DNA from: an uncultured Deinococcales bacterium
Lineage (GTDB): Bacteria; Deinococcota; Deinococci; Deinococcales; JAAFIG01
Reading direction: 5' to 3'
Assembly (NCBI GenBank): GCA_964247135.1
Contig: CAXTTL010000086.1
Coordinates: 1 to 17,676, forward strand
DNA: 17,676 nt
Part shown: piece by piece, positions 7,714 through 16,048 of the stretch
Layout of the letters: every line of letters begins with the position of its first letter
Numbering within the stretch: position 1 is the first letter of the stretch
The notes under the pieces: model-generated
Databases searched by the model: none
Told to the model about the DNA's origin: nothing
Seen by the model: the letters and a program-made list of their open reading frames with translations, nothing else
Program-made: the position numbers and the translations under genes

Positions 7714-8020
7714 TTTTGATATTCACATCATCTCTCGCAAAACCTTACTCGAGTTTGCGACCCAATACCCAGACGCATTACAGCCCCTTGATGGTTGGTA
7801 CAGAATTTTCAAGCACACCAATTTTCAAAACTTAAACGAAGTCCGAGCCTTTTACCTTCATGCCAATCTGGTCTCGAGAAAAGACGGTGAGTTCACAATT
7901 TTTAACGTTGGTGGAAACAAATACCGCCTCATCACACACATCATTTACGCTTGGCATAAGGTTTTTATTCATGCTGTTTTGACCCATAGGGAATACGACA
8001 AATGGAGTTCAGGGTCTTGA
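7694..8020 (+). CDS. higB: Type II TA system HigB-family mRNA interferase toxin (start uncertain; homology begins at ATT 7721)
   Basis: HIISRKTL...PLDGWY...FTIFNVGGNKYRLI...VLTHREYD is the HigB family pattern. Toxin precedes antitoxin. Confidence 0.88.
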   Translation: MTFCHVNFDIHIISRKTLLEFATQYPDALQPLDGWYRIFKHTNFQNLNEVRAFYLHANLVSRKDGEFTIFNVGGNKYRLITHIIYAWHKVFIHAVLTHREYDKWSSGS

Positions 8021-8036
8021 AACTCGAGGTGAAATC

Positions 8037-8456
8037 ATGTTGAACACTGAGCAACTCACAAGCACTTGGAAAGCACATGCTGATGTCATCAACCTCCGCA
8101 GACCCAAAAACGCGGCAGAACACCAAGAACTCATTGCCTTGATCGAACGACTTCTCGAGCTTTCTGCGCCAGACCCAACACAAAGCCCGTATTCCATGCT
8201 GCTCGATACTGCCATGATCTATGCCAGCGATTGGGAAGAATCCAACATAGAAATGCCGCAAAGTGACCCTGTGAACGTACTCCGCGCCCTCATGGAATCG
8301 CACGGTTGCCGACAAGCCGATTTGGTGCAAGCAGGCGTGATCGATCAACCCAGTCTCTCGAGGGTTTTGCGCGATGAACGAAGTATTTCTAAAAGTATGG
8401 CGGTGCAATTGGCGGGTTATTTTAAAGTTTCAGCCAGTATTTTTTTGATGCCATAG
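8037..8456 (+). CDS. higA: HigA-type antitoxin with C-terminal HTH
   Basis: DPVNVLRALMESHGCRQADL...QPSLSRVLRDERSIS...YFKVSASIFL. GAGGTG Shine-Dalgarno. Directly downstream of higB. Confidence 0.87.
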   Translation: MLNTEQLTSTWKAHADVINLRRPKNAAEHQELIALIERLLELSAPDPTQSPYSMLLDTAMIYASDWEESNIEMPQSDPVNVLRALMESHGCRQADLVQAGVIDQPSLSRVLRDERSISKSMAVQLAGYFKVSASIFLMP

Positions 8457-8488
8457 ACTTCAAAGTGTTTTGAATGAAACCCAGAAAC

Positions 8489-8529
8489 AAAAGCTCGAGA
8501 TTTGGGGAATGCCCTGATCTCGAGTTTCT
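8489..8529. repeat. Hairpin repeat copy 3 (probably a bidirectional terminator)
   Basis: AAAAGCTCGAGATTTGGGGAATGCCCTGATCTCGAGTTTCT between the convergent higA and NUDIX genes. Confidence 0.85.
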
Positions 8530-8987
8530 AATTTTGCCGCTTGAGGTATTTTTTCAGCATCTCGAGCGCATCGTGAGTCATCGAACCATGAACCGAAGGA
8601 ACTCCATCCAGCGCAAAAAAAACGACTTCCGAACCCTCGAGCAAATCGGCTTTGGGCGTTCCAGTCCAGTTTTGTGATACATAAACAGCACCCACGTTGT
8701 AAATCTGGTCGCCGTTTGGGTATTCAAAAAAATACTTTTTCCCTGAAAGCATCCCTAAAAACTCGAGTTCCAAAATCGTGATGTTGGCTTCCTCGAGCGC
8801 TTCACGGATGGCGGTTTCCTCGAGATTCGCCCAGTTCGCACGAGCCACCAATCGTTCCCCAGGCTTTGGTGTCGGTGCGGTGTTGCAACAAGACGTGGTT
8901 TTGATCGTCAAGAATCAAAACGGTACTACCAGGCAAAATTATCGGACGATGACCCACCAATTTACGAAGCTCGAGGATGTAAGACAT
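8528..8987 (-). pseudogene. NUDIX hydrolase, frameshifted
   Basis: The N-terminus MSYILELRKLVGHRP...GGSCELGES and the C-terminus LEETAIREALEEAN... lie in different frames. Adding 2 nt near 8825 restores the GX5EX7REUXEE box and a 153-aa ORF. Confidence 0.85.
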
Positions 8988-9028
8988 GGCTCGAGCTAAG
9001 CATTTTTTGATGAGTTCAATTCACACGA

Positions 9029-10363
9029 TTACAACCGTTCAAAACCTCGAGTCCGTTCCCAATCGGTCACGGCAGCCTCAAACGCCTCGAGTTCGACATC
9101 GGCATAATTGACGTAATGCTCGATCACGGCTTCACCAAAGGCAGCTTTGGCAAGTTTAGACTTGGCGAACAAATCCCTTGCAGCCCGCATGGTGCTGGGC
9201 ACTCGAGGTTTCTTGGAATGATAGGCGTTGCCCTTAAATTCTGGCTCGAGTTCGAGTTTTTGTTCCATCCCGTAAATCCCTGCGGCGATCATGGCGGCAA
9301 GCGCCAGGTACGGGTTGGCATCCGCACCCGCCACACGATTCTCGAGCCTTAAACTTGCGCCGTGACCAACCACGCGCAAGCCGCAGGTGCGGTTGTCACG
9401 ACCCCAGGCGACGCTGGTTGGGGCGAAACTGCCGATGGCGTAACGCTTATACGAGTTGATGTTTGGCGCGTAAAACAAGGTGAAGTCTTTTAAGCACGCC
9501 AGTTGCCCCGCCACAAAATGTTGAAAAGCTTGTTCGTCTACCTGAAACAACTGCTTCCCGTCACTCGAGCGTCGCAAACTCATGTGGATGTGGCACGAAC
9601 TGCCCTCGCGTTCGTTGAATTTCGCCATGAAAGTCACGCTTATGCCCATTTCGGCGGCGATTTCTTTGGTGCCGTTTTTGAACACCACGTGATCGTCAGC
9701 CGTCTCGAGCGCGGTTTTGTACTTGAAATTCACCTCGTGCTGCCCAAAATTGCACTCGCCTTTGGAATTCTCGCAGTACAACCCAGCGCCCGTCATTTCG
9801 CGGCGCAAGCGTCCAATGAACGGCTCAACCCGCGTTGTGCCCAGAATGCTGTAATCCACATTGTACTGATTGCCAGGCTCGAGGTTGATATAGTGATTTT
9901 TGGCGGCATTCTCGTAAGTTTCATTGAAGACAATAAACTCGAGTTCGGTGGCAGCCAGACACTCGAGTCCCATGTCTTTTAATCGCTCGAGTTGATGTTT
10001 GAGAATCTGACGCGGGCTTTGCAATACGGGCGTGCCATCTTGCCACTCGAGGTCGCATTGGATCATGGCGGTACGGTCCTGCCAGGGAATCAAACGCAGC
10101 GTGTCAAAATCGGGTTTGAGCCGAAAATCGCCGTAACCCGTCTCCCAACTCGAGATGTGATAACCGTTCACCGTGCGCATTTCGGTGTCCACCGCCAGCA
10201 GGTAGGCGCAACCCTCAGCACCGTGCGCCGCCACTTCATCCAAAAAATATTGTGCCGTCAACCGCTTCCCCATTGGACGACCTTGCATGTCGGTCAAGGC
10301 AATGATGATCGTGTCGATGTCTTCGCTCGAGACGAGGGTTTTAAAATCTTCAAAATTCAGCAT
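9029..10363 (-). CDS. Glutamine synthetase-like gamma-glutamyl-amine ligase (GlnA4/PuuA-like)
   Basis: ATELEF, GQHEVNF, FMAK...GSSCHIH, NSYKR, DNRT, ENRVAGADANPY GS motifs. The N-terminal EGCAYLLAVD...SSWETGYGDF segment is typical of the GlnA4-like subfamily. Confidence 0.9.
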   Translation of the reverse strand: MLNFEDFKTLVSSEDIDTIIIALTDMQGRPMGKRLTAQYFLDEVAAHGAEGCAYLLAVDTEMRTVNGYHISSWETGYGDFRLKPDFDTLRLIPWQDRTAMIQCDLEWQDGTPVLQSPRQILKHQLERLKDMGLECLAATELEFIVFNETYENAAKNHYINLEPGNQYNVDYSILGTTRVEPFIGRLRREMTGAGLYCENSKGECNFGQHEVNFKYKTALETADDHVVFKNGTKEIAAEMGISVTFMAKFNEREGSSCHIHMSLRRSSDGKQLFQVDEQAFQHFVAGQLACLKDFTLFYAPNINSYKRYAIGSFAPTSVAWGRDNRTCGLRVVGHGASLRLENRVAGADANPYLALAAMIAAGIYGMEQKLELEPEFKGNAYHSKKPRVPSTMRAARDLFAKSKLAKAAFGEAVIEHYVNYADVELEAFEAAVTDWERTRGFERL

Positions 10364-10383
10364 GTTGCTCCTCTCGAGCCATC

Positions 10384-11148
10384 TTACTGTGCGGTCATGC
10401 CACCGTCGGCGGTGATGATTGAACCCGTGATAAAACTGGCTTCGTCGGACGCCAAAAACAGTGCCAGATGCGCGATTTCCATTGGTGTACCAGGTCGTCC
10501 AATCGGCTGAAACGAGTCAATCGAAGCATACACTTTATCCAAACCACCAAGCATTTCCGCGTGGGCATAATTGATCGGCGTGTCCACCCAACCAGGGCAG
10601 ATGGCGTTGCAACGAATGCCTTTTTTGGCGTAATCGAGCGCCACGCCTTTGGTCAGCATGACGATGGCGCCTTTGGATGCCGAGTACACGCTCAAGAAAG
10701 GTTCAGACACCAGACCATTGACGCTTGAGATGTTGACAATGCTTCCCGCAGCTTGCTCGAGCATCAAAGGCAGCACGGCGCGACAGCCGTAAATCGCGCC
10801 TTTGACGTTGACGTTCAGGGTCTTATCTATCACCTCGTCGCTGACTTCGTGCAACAAGCCTGGAATGTTGACGCCCGCATTGTTGACCAGCACATCGACC
10901 CGTCCGAATTCGGCGGCGCAAGCCAGCACAAACTCGAGGACTTGGGCTGGGTCGCTGACATCGGCAGTTGCGGCTCGAGCGACCCCACCAGCTTTTGTGA
11001 TGATGTCTCGAGTTTGGGTGGCAGTTTCAGCATTCAGATCAACGCACATGACCTTGCCACCCTCTTCGCCGAAACGGATGGCGATGGCACGACCGATGCC
11101 CGAGCCTGCACCGGTCACAATGCAGGCTTTGTCTTCAATTCGGGTCAC
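10384..11148 (-). CDS. SDR family oxidoreductase
   Basis: TGAGSGIG, NNAG, YSASK, CPGWVDT, DGG C-terminal motif. GGAG before the GTG start. Confidence 0.93.
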   Translation of the reverse strand: MTRIEDKACIVTGAGSGIGRAIAIRFGEEGGKVMCVDLNAETATQTRDIITKAGGVARAATADVSDPAQVLEFVLACAAEFGRVDVLVNNAGVNIPGLLHEVSDEVIDKTLNVNVKGAIYGCRAVLPLMLEQAAGSIVNISSVNGLVSEPFLSVYSASKGAIVMLTKGVALDYAKKGIRCNAICPGWVDTPINYAHAEMLGGLDKVYASIDSFQPIGRPGTPMEIAHLALFLASDEASFITGSIITADGGMTAQ

Positions 11149-11151
11149 GGT

Positions 11152-12672
11152 TTAATCTCCCGAAAGGGCTTGTTCGGCTCGAGCAATTTCGGCTTGGCGC
11201 TTGGCAATGCTTTCGCCTGTCGGTGGTCCAGAGAAGCGTTTGTTTTCAAAAGCAAACCAGGCGATCAGCAGCAAAACGACCATACCCACCGTCAAATACA
11301 GGGCTTTGTCGTTGGGTGGTTGAACGCCAATCGCAAAGATCAAGACCACGCCCGCCACCGCACCCGCAGCCACGATCTGAAACAAGCCTCCCAAATTCCA
11401 GGGTCCCATTTTGGTCCAAGACTTTCCGTAGGCGAGCATTCCCGCCCCGATGGGCATACCGTAACTGAGAAACAAGAAAATCACAGTCACCGAAACAATC
11501 GTGGTGTAAACCGGTGCATAAAGCGTAAACAAAATACTGATGAACGCCCCAACCCAAATGGCAGCGACCGGCGTGCGGTAATTGGCATGAATTCCACGCA
11601 AAAAACTTGGAAAACCACCATCCCTGGCAAAGGCAAAAATCATTCTCGAGACGCTGGTGACGGTGGCTAGACCGCACAAGAACTGCGAGAGGAAGATACC
11701 GATATACAGCGCGTAACGCAGACCGCTTGGAATCACTTTGCCCATCGTGTCAAAAAACACGTTAAAGCCTTGCTTGGCGGCATCATCCATGTTTGGAATG
11801 GCGATCACAAAAGCGCACAGCATGATCCAACCACCTATGCCCGAGTACACGACACTGGTGACAATGCCGCGCGGTACGGCACGTTGCGCGTCTTGGGTTT
11901 CTTCGGAGGTGTGCGCCGAGGCGTCAAAACCCGTGATCGTGTAAATCGGCAGCAGCAACCCGAGCAAAAACACGCCCAGCAAACTCGAGCTTGCGGGCCA
12001 GACCCCAGCGCCAGCATCGCCGGAATAATTTTTGAACGTCCAGAGCCTCGAGATGTCGTGGGTGGGTGCGTAAGCCAGCAGGGCGATGGTCAGAACGCCG
12101 GTGACCGCAAAAATCAAATAACCCGAAGCATCGGTGAGTTTGGTGGTCAGACCAATGCCAAAGTGATTGACGGCGGCTTGAAGGGCAGTGATCAGCACCA
12201 CAAAAATGATTTGTGTCGGCAGGTCAGCCGTCAATTTTAAATCCGCACCGAACGCGCCCATAAAGAAAAAAAACGTCCCGACGTTGATCGCGCCCAGCAC
12301 CGTCACGAGTCCCAGCAAATTGAGCCAAGCCGTCGCCCAGCCCCAGCCGCGTCCGCCGAGGATCGAACTCCAATGGTACAAGCCGCCAGCCGTTGGGTAG
12401 GCGCTGGCAATTTGTGCCATGCCGAGCGCAAAAATAAGACTGACCAAACAACCAATTGGCCAGCCAATGCCGATACTTGCGCCGCCAACACCGGCGATGC
12501 CTTGACCAAGCGAGTTGATGCCGCCGGAGAGAATACAAATGATCGAGAACGAAATCGCAAAATTCGAGAAGCCCTTCATGCGCCTCGAGAGTTCTTGGGC
12601 GTAACCCATGCTGTGCAAGGTTTGCATGTCGCGTGCAACGATTTCGGCTTCGGTCTTGTTTGAATCGTTCAT
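11152..12672 (-). CDS. APC-superfamily amino acid/amine permease
   Basis: GYAQELSR...FSNFAISFSII, SAYPTAGGLY, GFDASAHTSEET, FAFARDG, about 12 hydrophobic segments. AGGAGG Shine-Dalgarno. Confidence 0.93.
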   Translation of the reverse strand: MNDSNKTEAEIVARDMQTLHSMGYAQELSRRMKGFSNFAISFSIICILSGGINSLGQGIAGVGGASIGIGWPIGCLVSLIFALGMAQIASAYPTAGGLYHWSSILGGRGWGWATAWLNLLGLVTVLGAINVGTFFFFMGAFGADLKLTADLPTQIIFVVLITALQAAVNHFGIGLTTKLTDASGYLIFAVTGVLTIALLAYAPTHDISRLWTFKNYSGDAGAGVWPASSSLLGVFLLGLLLPIYTITGFDASAHTSEETQDAQRAVPRGIVTSVVYSGIGGWIMLCAFVIAIPNMDDAAKQGFNVFFDTMGKVIPSGLRYALYIGIFLSQFLCGLATVTSVSRMIFAFARDGGFPSFLRGIHANYRTPVAAIWVGAFISILFTLYAPVYTTIVSVTVIFLFLSYGMPIGAGMLAYGKSWTKMGPWNLGGLFQIVAAGAVAGVVLIFAIGVQPPNDKALYLTVGMVVLLLIAWFAFENKRFSGPPTGESIAKRQAEIARAEQALSGD

Positions 12673-12840
12673 ACATTCTCCTCCTGAAATGTCTGGATCG
12701 AGTCTCCCCTGTTTTTAGTCCTCGAGTTTCGCAGTTTGTGGTGCGTTCCCCTTTCAAAAAATAAAATAAGTCAAGACTCTCGAGGCTTTTTTTAAACGCG
12801 CTCAATCGTGACTTTTCAAACCAAAACTGCTCTGCTCAAC

Positions 12841-12873
12841 CCGAGCCTAAAGGCTTGGATGCGGCTGTGTCAA
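12841..12873 (-). promoter_or_regulatory. Promoter of the permease operon with an overlapping palindrome
   Basis: Minus strand TTGACA (12873-12868), 18 bp spacer, TAGGCT (12849-12844). Imperfect palindrome CCGAGCCT-AA-AGGCTTGG (12841-12858) covers the -10. Confidence 0.6.
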
Positions 12874-12937
12874 ATAAAGTGCAAACTTTAACGCTCGGGT
12901 TTTAAAGTCCGAGCCTTTTGAAGATTATTTTTGCGAT

Positions 12938-13861
12938 TTAGCGTCTTGACCGTTCCAGGGAGCGGGTGATCCAAACCCAAAGGTTTGAAAACCTATTTTT
13001 GAGACGCTCGAGCAAGCCTGGGGCATGGTGTTTGACAAAGCTTTCGGTGGCGACTTTTGAACCCACATCCTCGCCAAATTGTTCGGTCAAAAAGTACCGA
13101 TGGTCCATCATCCACAGGTACAAATCGGCTTCGGTGCGGTTTTTAAAAGACTCGAGGGCTTTTGAGCCGCGAATCTCTTGGATCATGTGGCTGTAAATTT
13201 TGTCGTACCAACTGCACACCGCTTCGTGCCAAGAAATGTCGCGCTTTAAGTTGAGTCCCAAATAATACTGTCGGGTCTTGATGTGATCGGTCAAGATATC
13301 GTAGCGACCTGGGGTCGAAAACATGATCTCAACATGGTCTGGTCGGAGCATCTCGAGTTCGGTTTCGATCAAAAATTTGGCGTACTCGCCTTTGATGATC
13401 AAATCCTTCAAATCGTCGCCCCGTTCTGGCGGCACGATCACATCGAGTTCGATCACCTCGGCATCAATAAACTTTTGCCCCTCGAGCGCCGCCACCGAAA
13501 CGCGGTGGTTACCATCTTTGACAAAATAGGTTTCGCCAACCTTGTACACTTGAATCACCGGCAAACTTTTGCCCTCGAGTTGCAGACGCCGAATGTTCAC
13601 CCAGCGGTCAACGTTGTGCTCGGATTTGGGCAGGTAAGAGTCGTCAAAATCGCGGTAACGGTCAACGCTACCGATAATCGCATCGACCGGAATGGTCTGG
13701 ATGCCAACATAATGCTCACCGACGGGTTTGAGTTCTTTGATCGCCTCGAAGGGAATCAGTTCGTTCGATTCGCCGCGCAGCCAGTGCAGCACATCATGAA
13801 CCCAAGCGCGACGCATGGCTTGCGCTGAATCGTGTTCGGCTTGATTGGCAAAATTGCTCAC
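12938..13861 (-). CDS. ParB/Srx-like N-terminal domain plus DUF4032-like C-terminal domain protein
   Basis: IIGSVDRYRDFD...LPVIQVYKVGETYFVKDGNHRVSVA (ParB-like DGxHR), and RTEADLYLWMMDHRYFL near the C-terminus. Probable GTG start at 13861 after GGGGG (ORF open to 13891). Confidence 0.75.
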   Translation of the reverse strand: MSNFANQAEHDSAQAMRRAWVHDVLHWLRGESNELIPFEAIKELKPVGEHYVGIQTIPVDAIIGSVDRYRDFDDSYLPKSEHNVDRWVNIRRLQLEGKSLPVIQVYKVGETYFVKDGNHRVSVAALEGQKFIDAEVIELDVIVPPERGDDLKDLIIKGEYAKFLIETELEMLRPDHVEIMFSTPGRYDILTDHIKTRQYYLGLNLKRDISWHEAVCSWYDKIYSHMIQEIRGSKALESFKNRTEADLYLWMMDHRYFLTEQFGEDVGSKVATESFVKHHAPGLLERLKNRFSNLWVWITRSLERSRR

Positions 13862-13935
13862 GTCGCCCCCAAATACAGGATACCCAAGCAAGTCTGAGAA
13901 ATGTCATGAACCGCCCTAAATGCGCTCAGCAAGCC

Positions 13936-14511
13936 TTAACTCGAGCACAGCACCAACTTTTTTGGCGTGGCAAAAGCTTGCAGCCGCGAATCGGCTGGAA
14001 ACCCGAGTTTTTCGAGCAGCATGACCTCGTGCGCGATGCTGAAGGTTGGAACATCGATTGGAGCGCCGTGCGCCGCAAAACCAAATCCTTTGGAGAGTCT
14101 CGAGCCTTGCGAATCAATTGCCACGCTGGCAATCACAGCGCATTGAACGCCCATCAAATCACAACTCGAGCCGAAGAGGTGAAAATTCCCGATTTTTGCC
14201 GCTTTTTTTGGCACTTTCTCGAGTTTCCAAAACGCATCTTTTTTTGTTCGGTGCGGCACGATCAAGGTTTTTTCCGCCTCGAGAATCATTTCGCGCAAGG
14301 GCAGCAACGCTGCCTCCATGCCGACCAGCACGACGCTCGAGGCTTTCAAAGTTGGGTGAAGCATCAGGTTTTTGGCTGCCGGTCGAGCGCCCTTAAAATT
14401 GGGGTTGTGACCGTGCGGCGGCATCGGATAGGCTGCCGCATTTTCGCGCACCAAGTTCGACCAAAGCTGCTCGCGCAATTCCCCAACGTTGTTCACAGGC
14501 TCGAGTTTCAC
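13936..14511 (-). CDS. 5-formyltetrahydrofolate cyclo-ligase family protein (MTHFSD/5-FCL-like)
   Basis: LREQLW...PPHGHNPNFKGA, SVAIDSQGSRLSKGFGF, FATP. TATGCT -10 box 6 nt before the GTG. Confidence 0.75.
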   Translation of the reverse strand: MKLEPVNNVGELREQLWSNLVRENAAAYPMPPHGHNPNFKGARPAAKNLMLHPTLKASSVVLVGMEAALLPLREMILEAEKTLIVPHRTKKDAFWKLEKVPKKAAKIGNFHLFGSSCDLMGVQCAVIASVAIDSQGSRLSKGFGFAAHGAPIDVPTFSIAHEVMLLEKLGFPADSRLQAFATPKKLVLCSS

Positions 14512-14517
14512 GCCTTC

Positions 14518-14569
14518 AGCATAAACCTAGAGAAGTTTGTCTGCCTGGGCATCTTGAAGGCGTTAAACT
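14518..14569. promoter_or_regulatory. Divergent pair of -10 boxes for leaderless genes
   Basis: TATGCT (minus, 14523-14518) 6 nt before GTG 14511 and TAAACT (plus, 14564-14569) 6 nt before ATG 14576. Confidence 0.6.
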
Positions 14570-14575
14570 GCTTGC

Positions 14576-15643
14576 ATGACAGCCATGACCCTTCACGCCC
14601 GAGGTTTGATTCACCGTTGGCGCAGCCGTTTACCCGTATCAGACGCCACCCCAGAGATTTCTTTGGGCGAAGGCAACACGCCACTGGTCGAACTGCGCGG
14701 TCCACTCGAGGCTCGAGAATTGGGCATTCGCGTGTTTGCCAAATACGACGGCGCGAACCCAACCGGCAGCTTTAAAGACCGTGGCATGACGATGGCGGTC
14801 TCCAAGGCGCTCGAGAGTGGGGCAACTGCCATTGCCTGCGCCAGCACCGGAAACACCAGCGCAAGCGCCGCCGCATACGCCTCGAGGGCGGGAGTGGAGT
14901 GCATCATCATTCTGCCAGCGGGTTATGTGGCGGCTGGCAAGATTGCGCAAACCATTTTGATGGGCGCAAAAATCATTCAAATTGACGGGAATTTTGACGA
15001 CGCGCTGCGTTTGGTGCGGTTATTGTGCGACGAAAGCCCAGTTGCGCTCGTCAATTCGGTCAACCCGTACCGCATTGAAGGGCAAAAAACCATTGCTTTT
15101 GAAGTCTGTGAAGAACTTGGCGGTGCGCCCGAATATCACGCCATGCCTGTGGGCAACGCGGGCAACATCACCGCACATTGGAAAGGTTACTCGGAACTTT
15201 TTGCGGACAACACCATCTCGAGCCGCCCGAAAATGATTGGTTTTCAAGCCGCAGGCAGCGCCCCCATTGTGCTGGGGCATCCTGTCGAAAAACCAGAAAC
15301 CATTGCCACCGCCATCCGCATTGGCAACCCTGCCAGTTGGTGTTACGCCCTCGACGCTCGAGATCAAAGTTCTGGGGTAATCGAAGCTGTGACCGACGAT
15401 GAGATTCTCGAGGCGTATAAATTTTTGGCAAGGGAGGGTTTGTTCTGCGAACCCGCCAGTGCCGCCAGTTTTGCAGGAGCTTGGCGCATGATAAAGCAAG
15501 GCAAAATCGAACCAGGCTCGAGAATTGTTTGTACGCTAACTGGGCATGGTTTGAAAGACCCGACCACCGCAGGTAAACTGGCAAGCCTTCCAGATGCGAT
15601 TCCAGCCACGCTCGAGGCAATTAGTAGAGCAGCAGGGTTTTAA
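14576..15643 (+). CDS. thrC: Threonine synthase
   Basis: LGEGNTPL, NPTGSFKDRGM (PLP lysine), CASTGNTSAS, NSVNPYRIEGQKT, PVGNAGN, TGHGLKDP. Confidence 0.96.
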   Translation: MTAMTLHARGLIHRWRSRLPVSDATPEISLGEGNTPLVELRGPLEARELGIRVFAKYDGANPTGSFKDRGMTMAVSKALESGATAIACASTGNTSASAAAYASRAGVECIIILPAGYVAAGKIAQTILMGAKIIQIDGNFDDALRLVRLLCDESPVALVNSVNPYRIEGQKTIAFEVCEELGGAPEYHAMPVGNAGNITAHWKGYSELFADNTISSRPKMIGFQAAGSAPIVLGHPVEKPETIATAIRIGNPASWCYALDARDQSSGVIEAVTDDEILEAYKFLAREGLFCEPASAASFAGAWRMIKQGKIEPGSRIVCTLTGHGLKDPTTAGKLASLPDAIPATLEAISRAAGF

Positions 15644-16029
15644 ACTCTTGGGTCACTCGAGAGCACTGCCATGTTGATGCTGTCAACCCAAACTCCATCC
15701 CAAAAAAGCGCATCTCGAGCGATACCTTCTTGCACAAAACCGCACTTTTCGTAAACCCTCTTTGCTCGAGGATTGAACGCAAATACACTCAGGCTGATGC
15801 AGTGCAAGCCAACCACGTCCCAACCGTAATCGATCACGGCTTTCGTCACTTCTGTTCCGTAACCTTGATTGAGCACTTCTGGACTCGAGAATTGAACCCC
15901 AGACTTTCTCGAGTCAAACGCAATCCAGTCAACATAGGCGTTGCAAAAATCCAATTCTGTTAAGATCACAACACATTGCAAGGATTTCACTGTGCAAAAT
16001 TCACCCGATACGCACCACTCGAGAAACAA
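15640..16029 (-). pseudogene. N-terminally truncated RimJ/RimL-type GNAT acetyltransferase
   Basis: The C-terminal half is intact (NQGYGTE, LSVFAFNPRAKRVYEKCGFVQEG, WDGVWVDSINM). The N-terminal third or more is missing and there is no convincing start signal. Confidence 0.65.
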
Positions 16030-16048
16030 AGACCCCTAAATTAAGGAA

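Noticed and set aside
6892-8529. R1-R3 as canonical integron attC sites (R1 ends in GTTAGAC, a GTTRRRY core)
   Set aside because: There is no RYYYAAC inverse core at the 5' ends, R3 lacks the GTT core, the T-tracts fit terminators, and no integrase is present in the window.
6892-8529. R1-R3 as a CRISPR array
   Set aside because: The spacers are about 700-800 bp and contain genes, and no cas genes are present.
9029-10363. Calling the gene glnA (true glutamine synthetase)
   Set aside because: The N-terminal signature and the permease/SDR context indicate a gamma-glutamyl-amine ligase paralogue.
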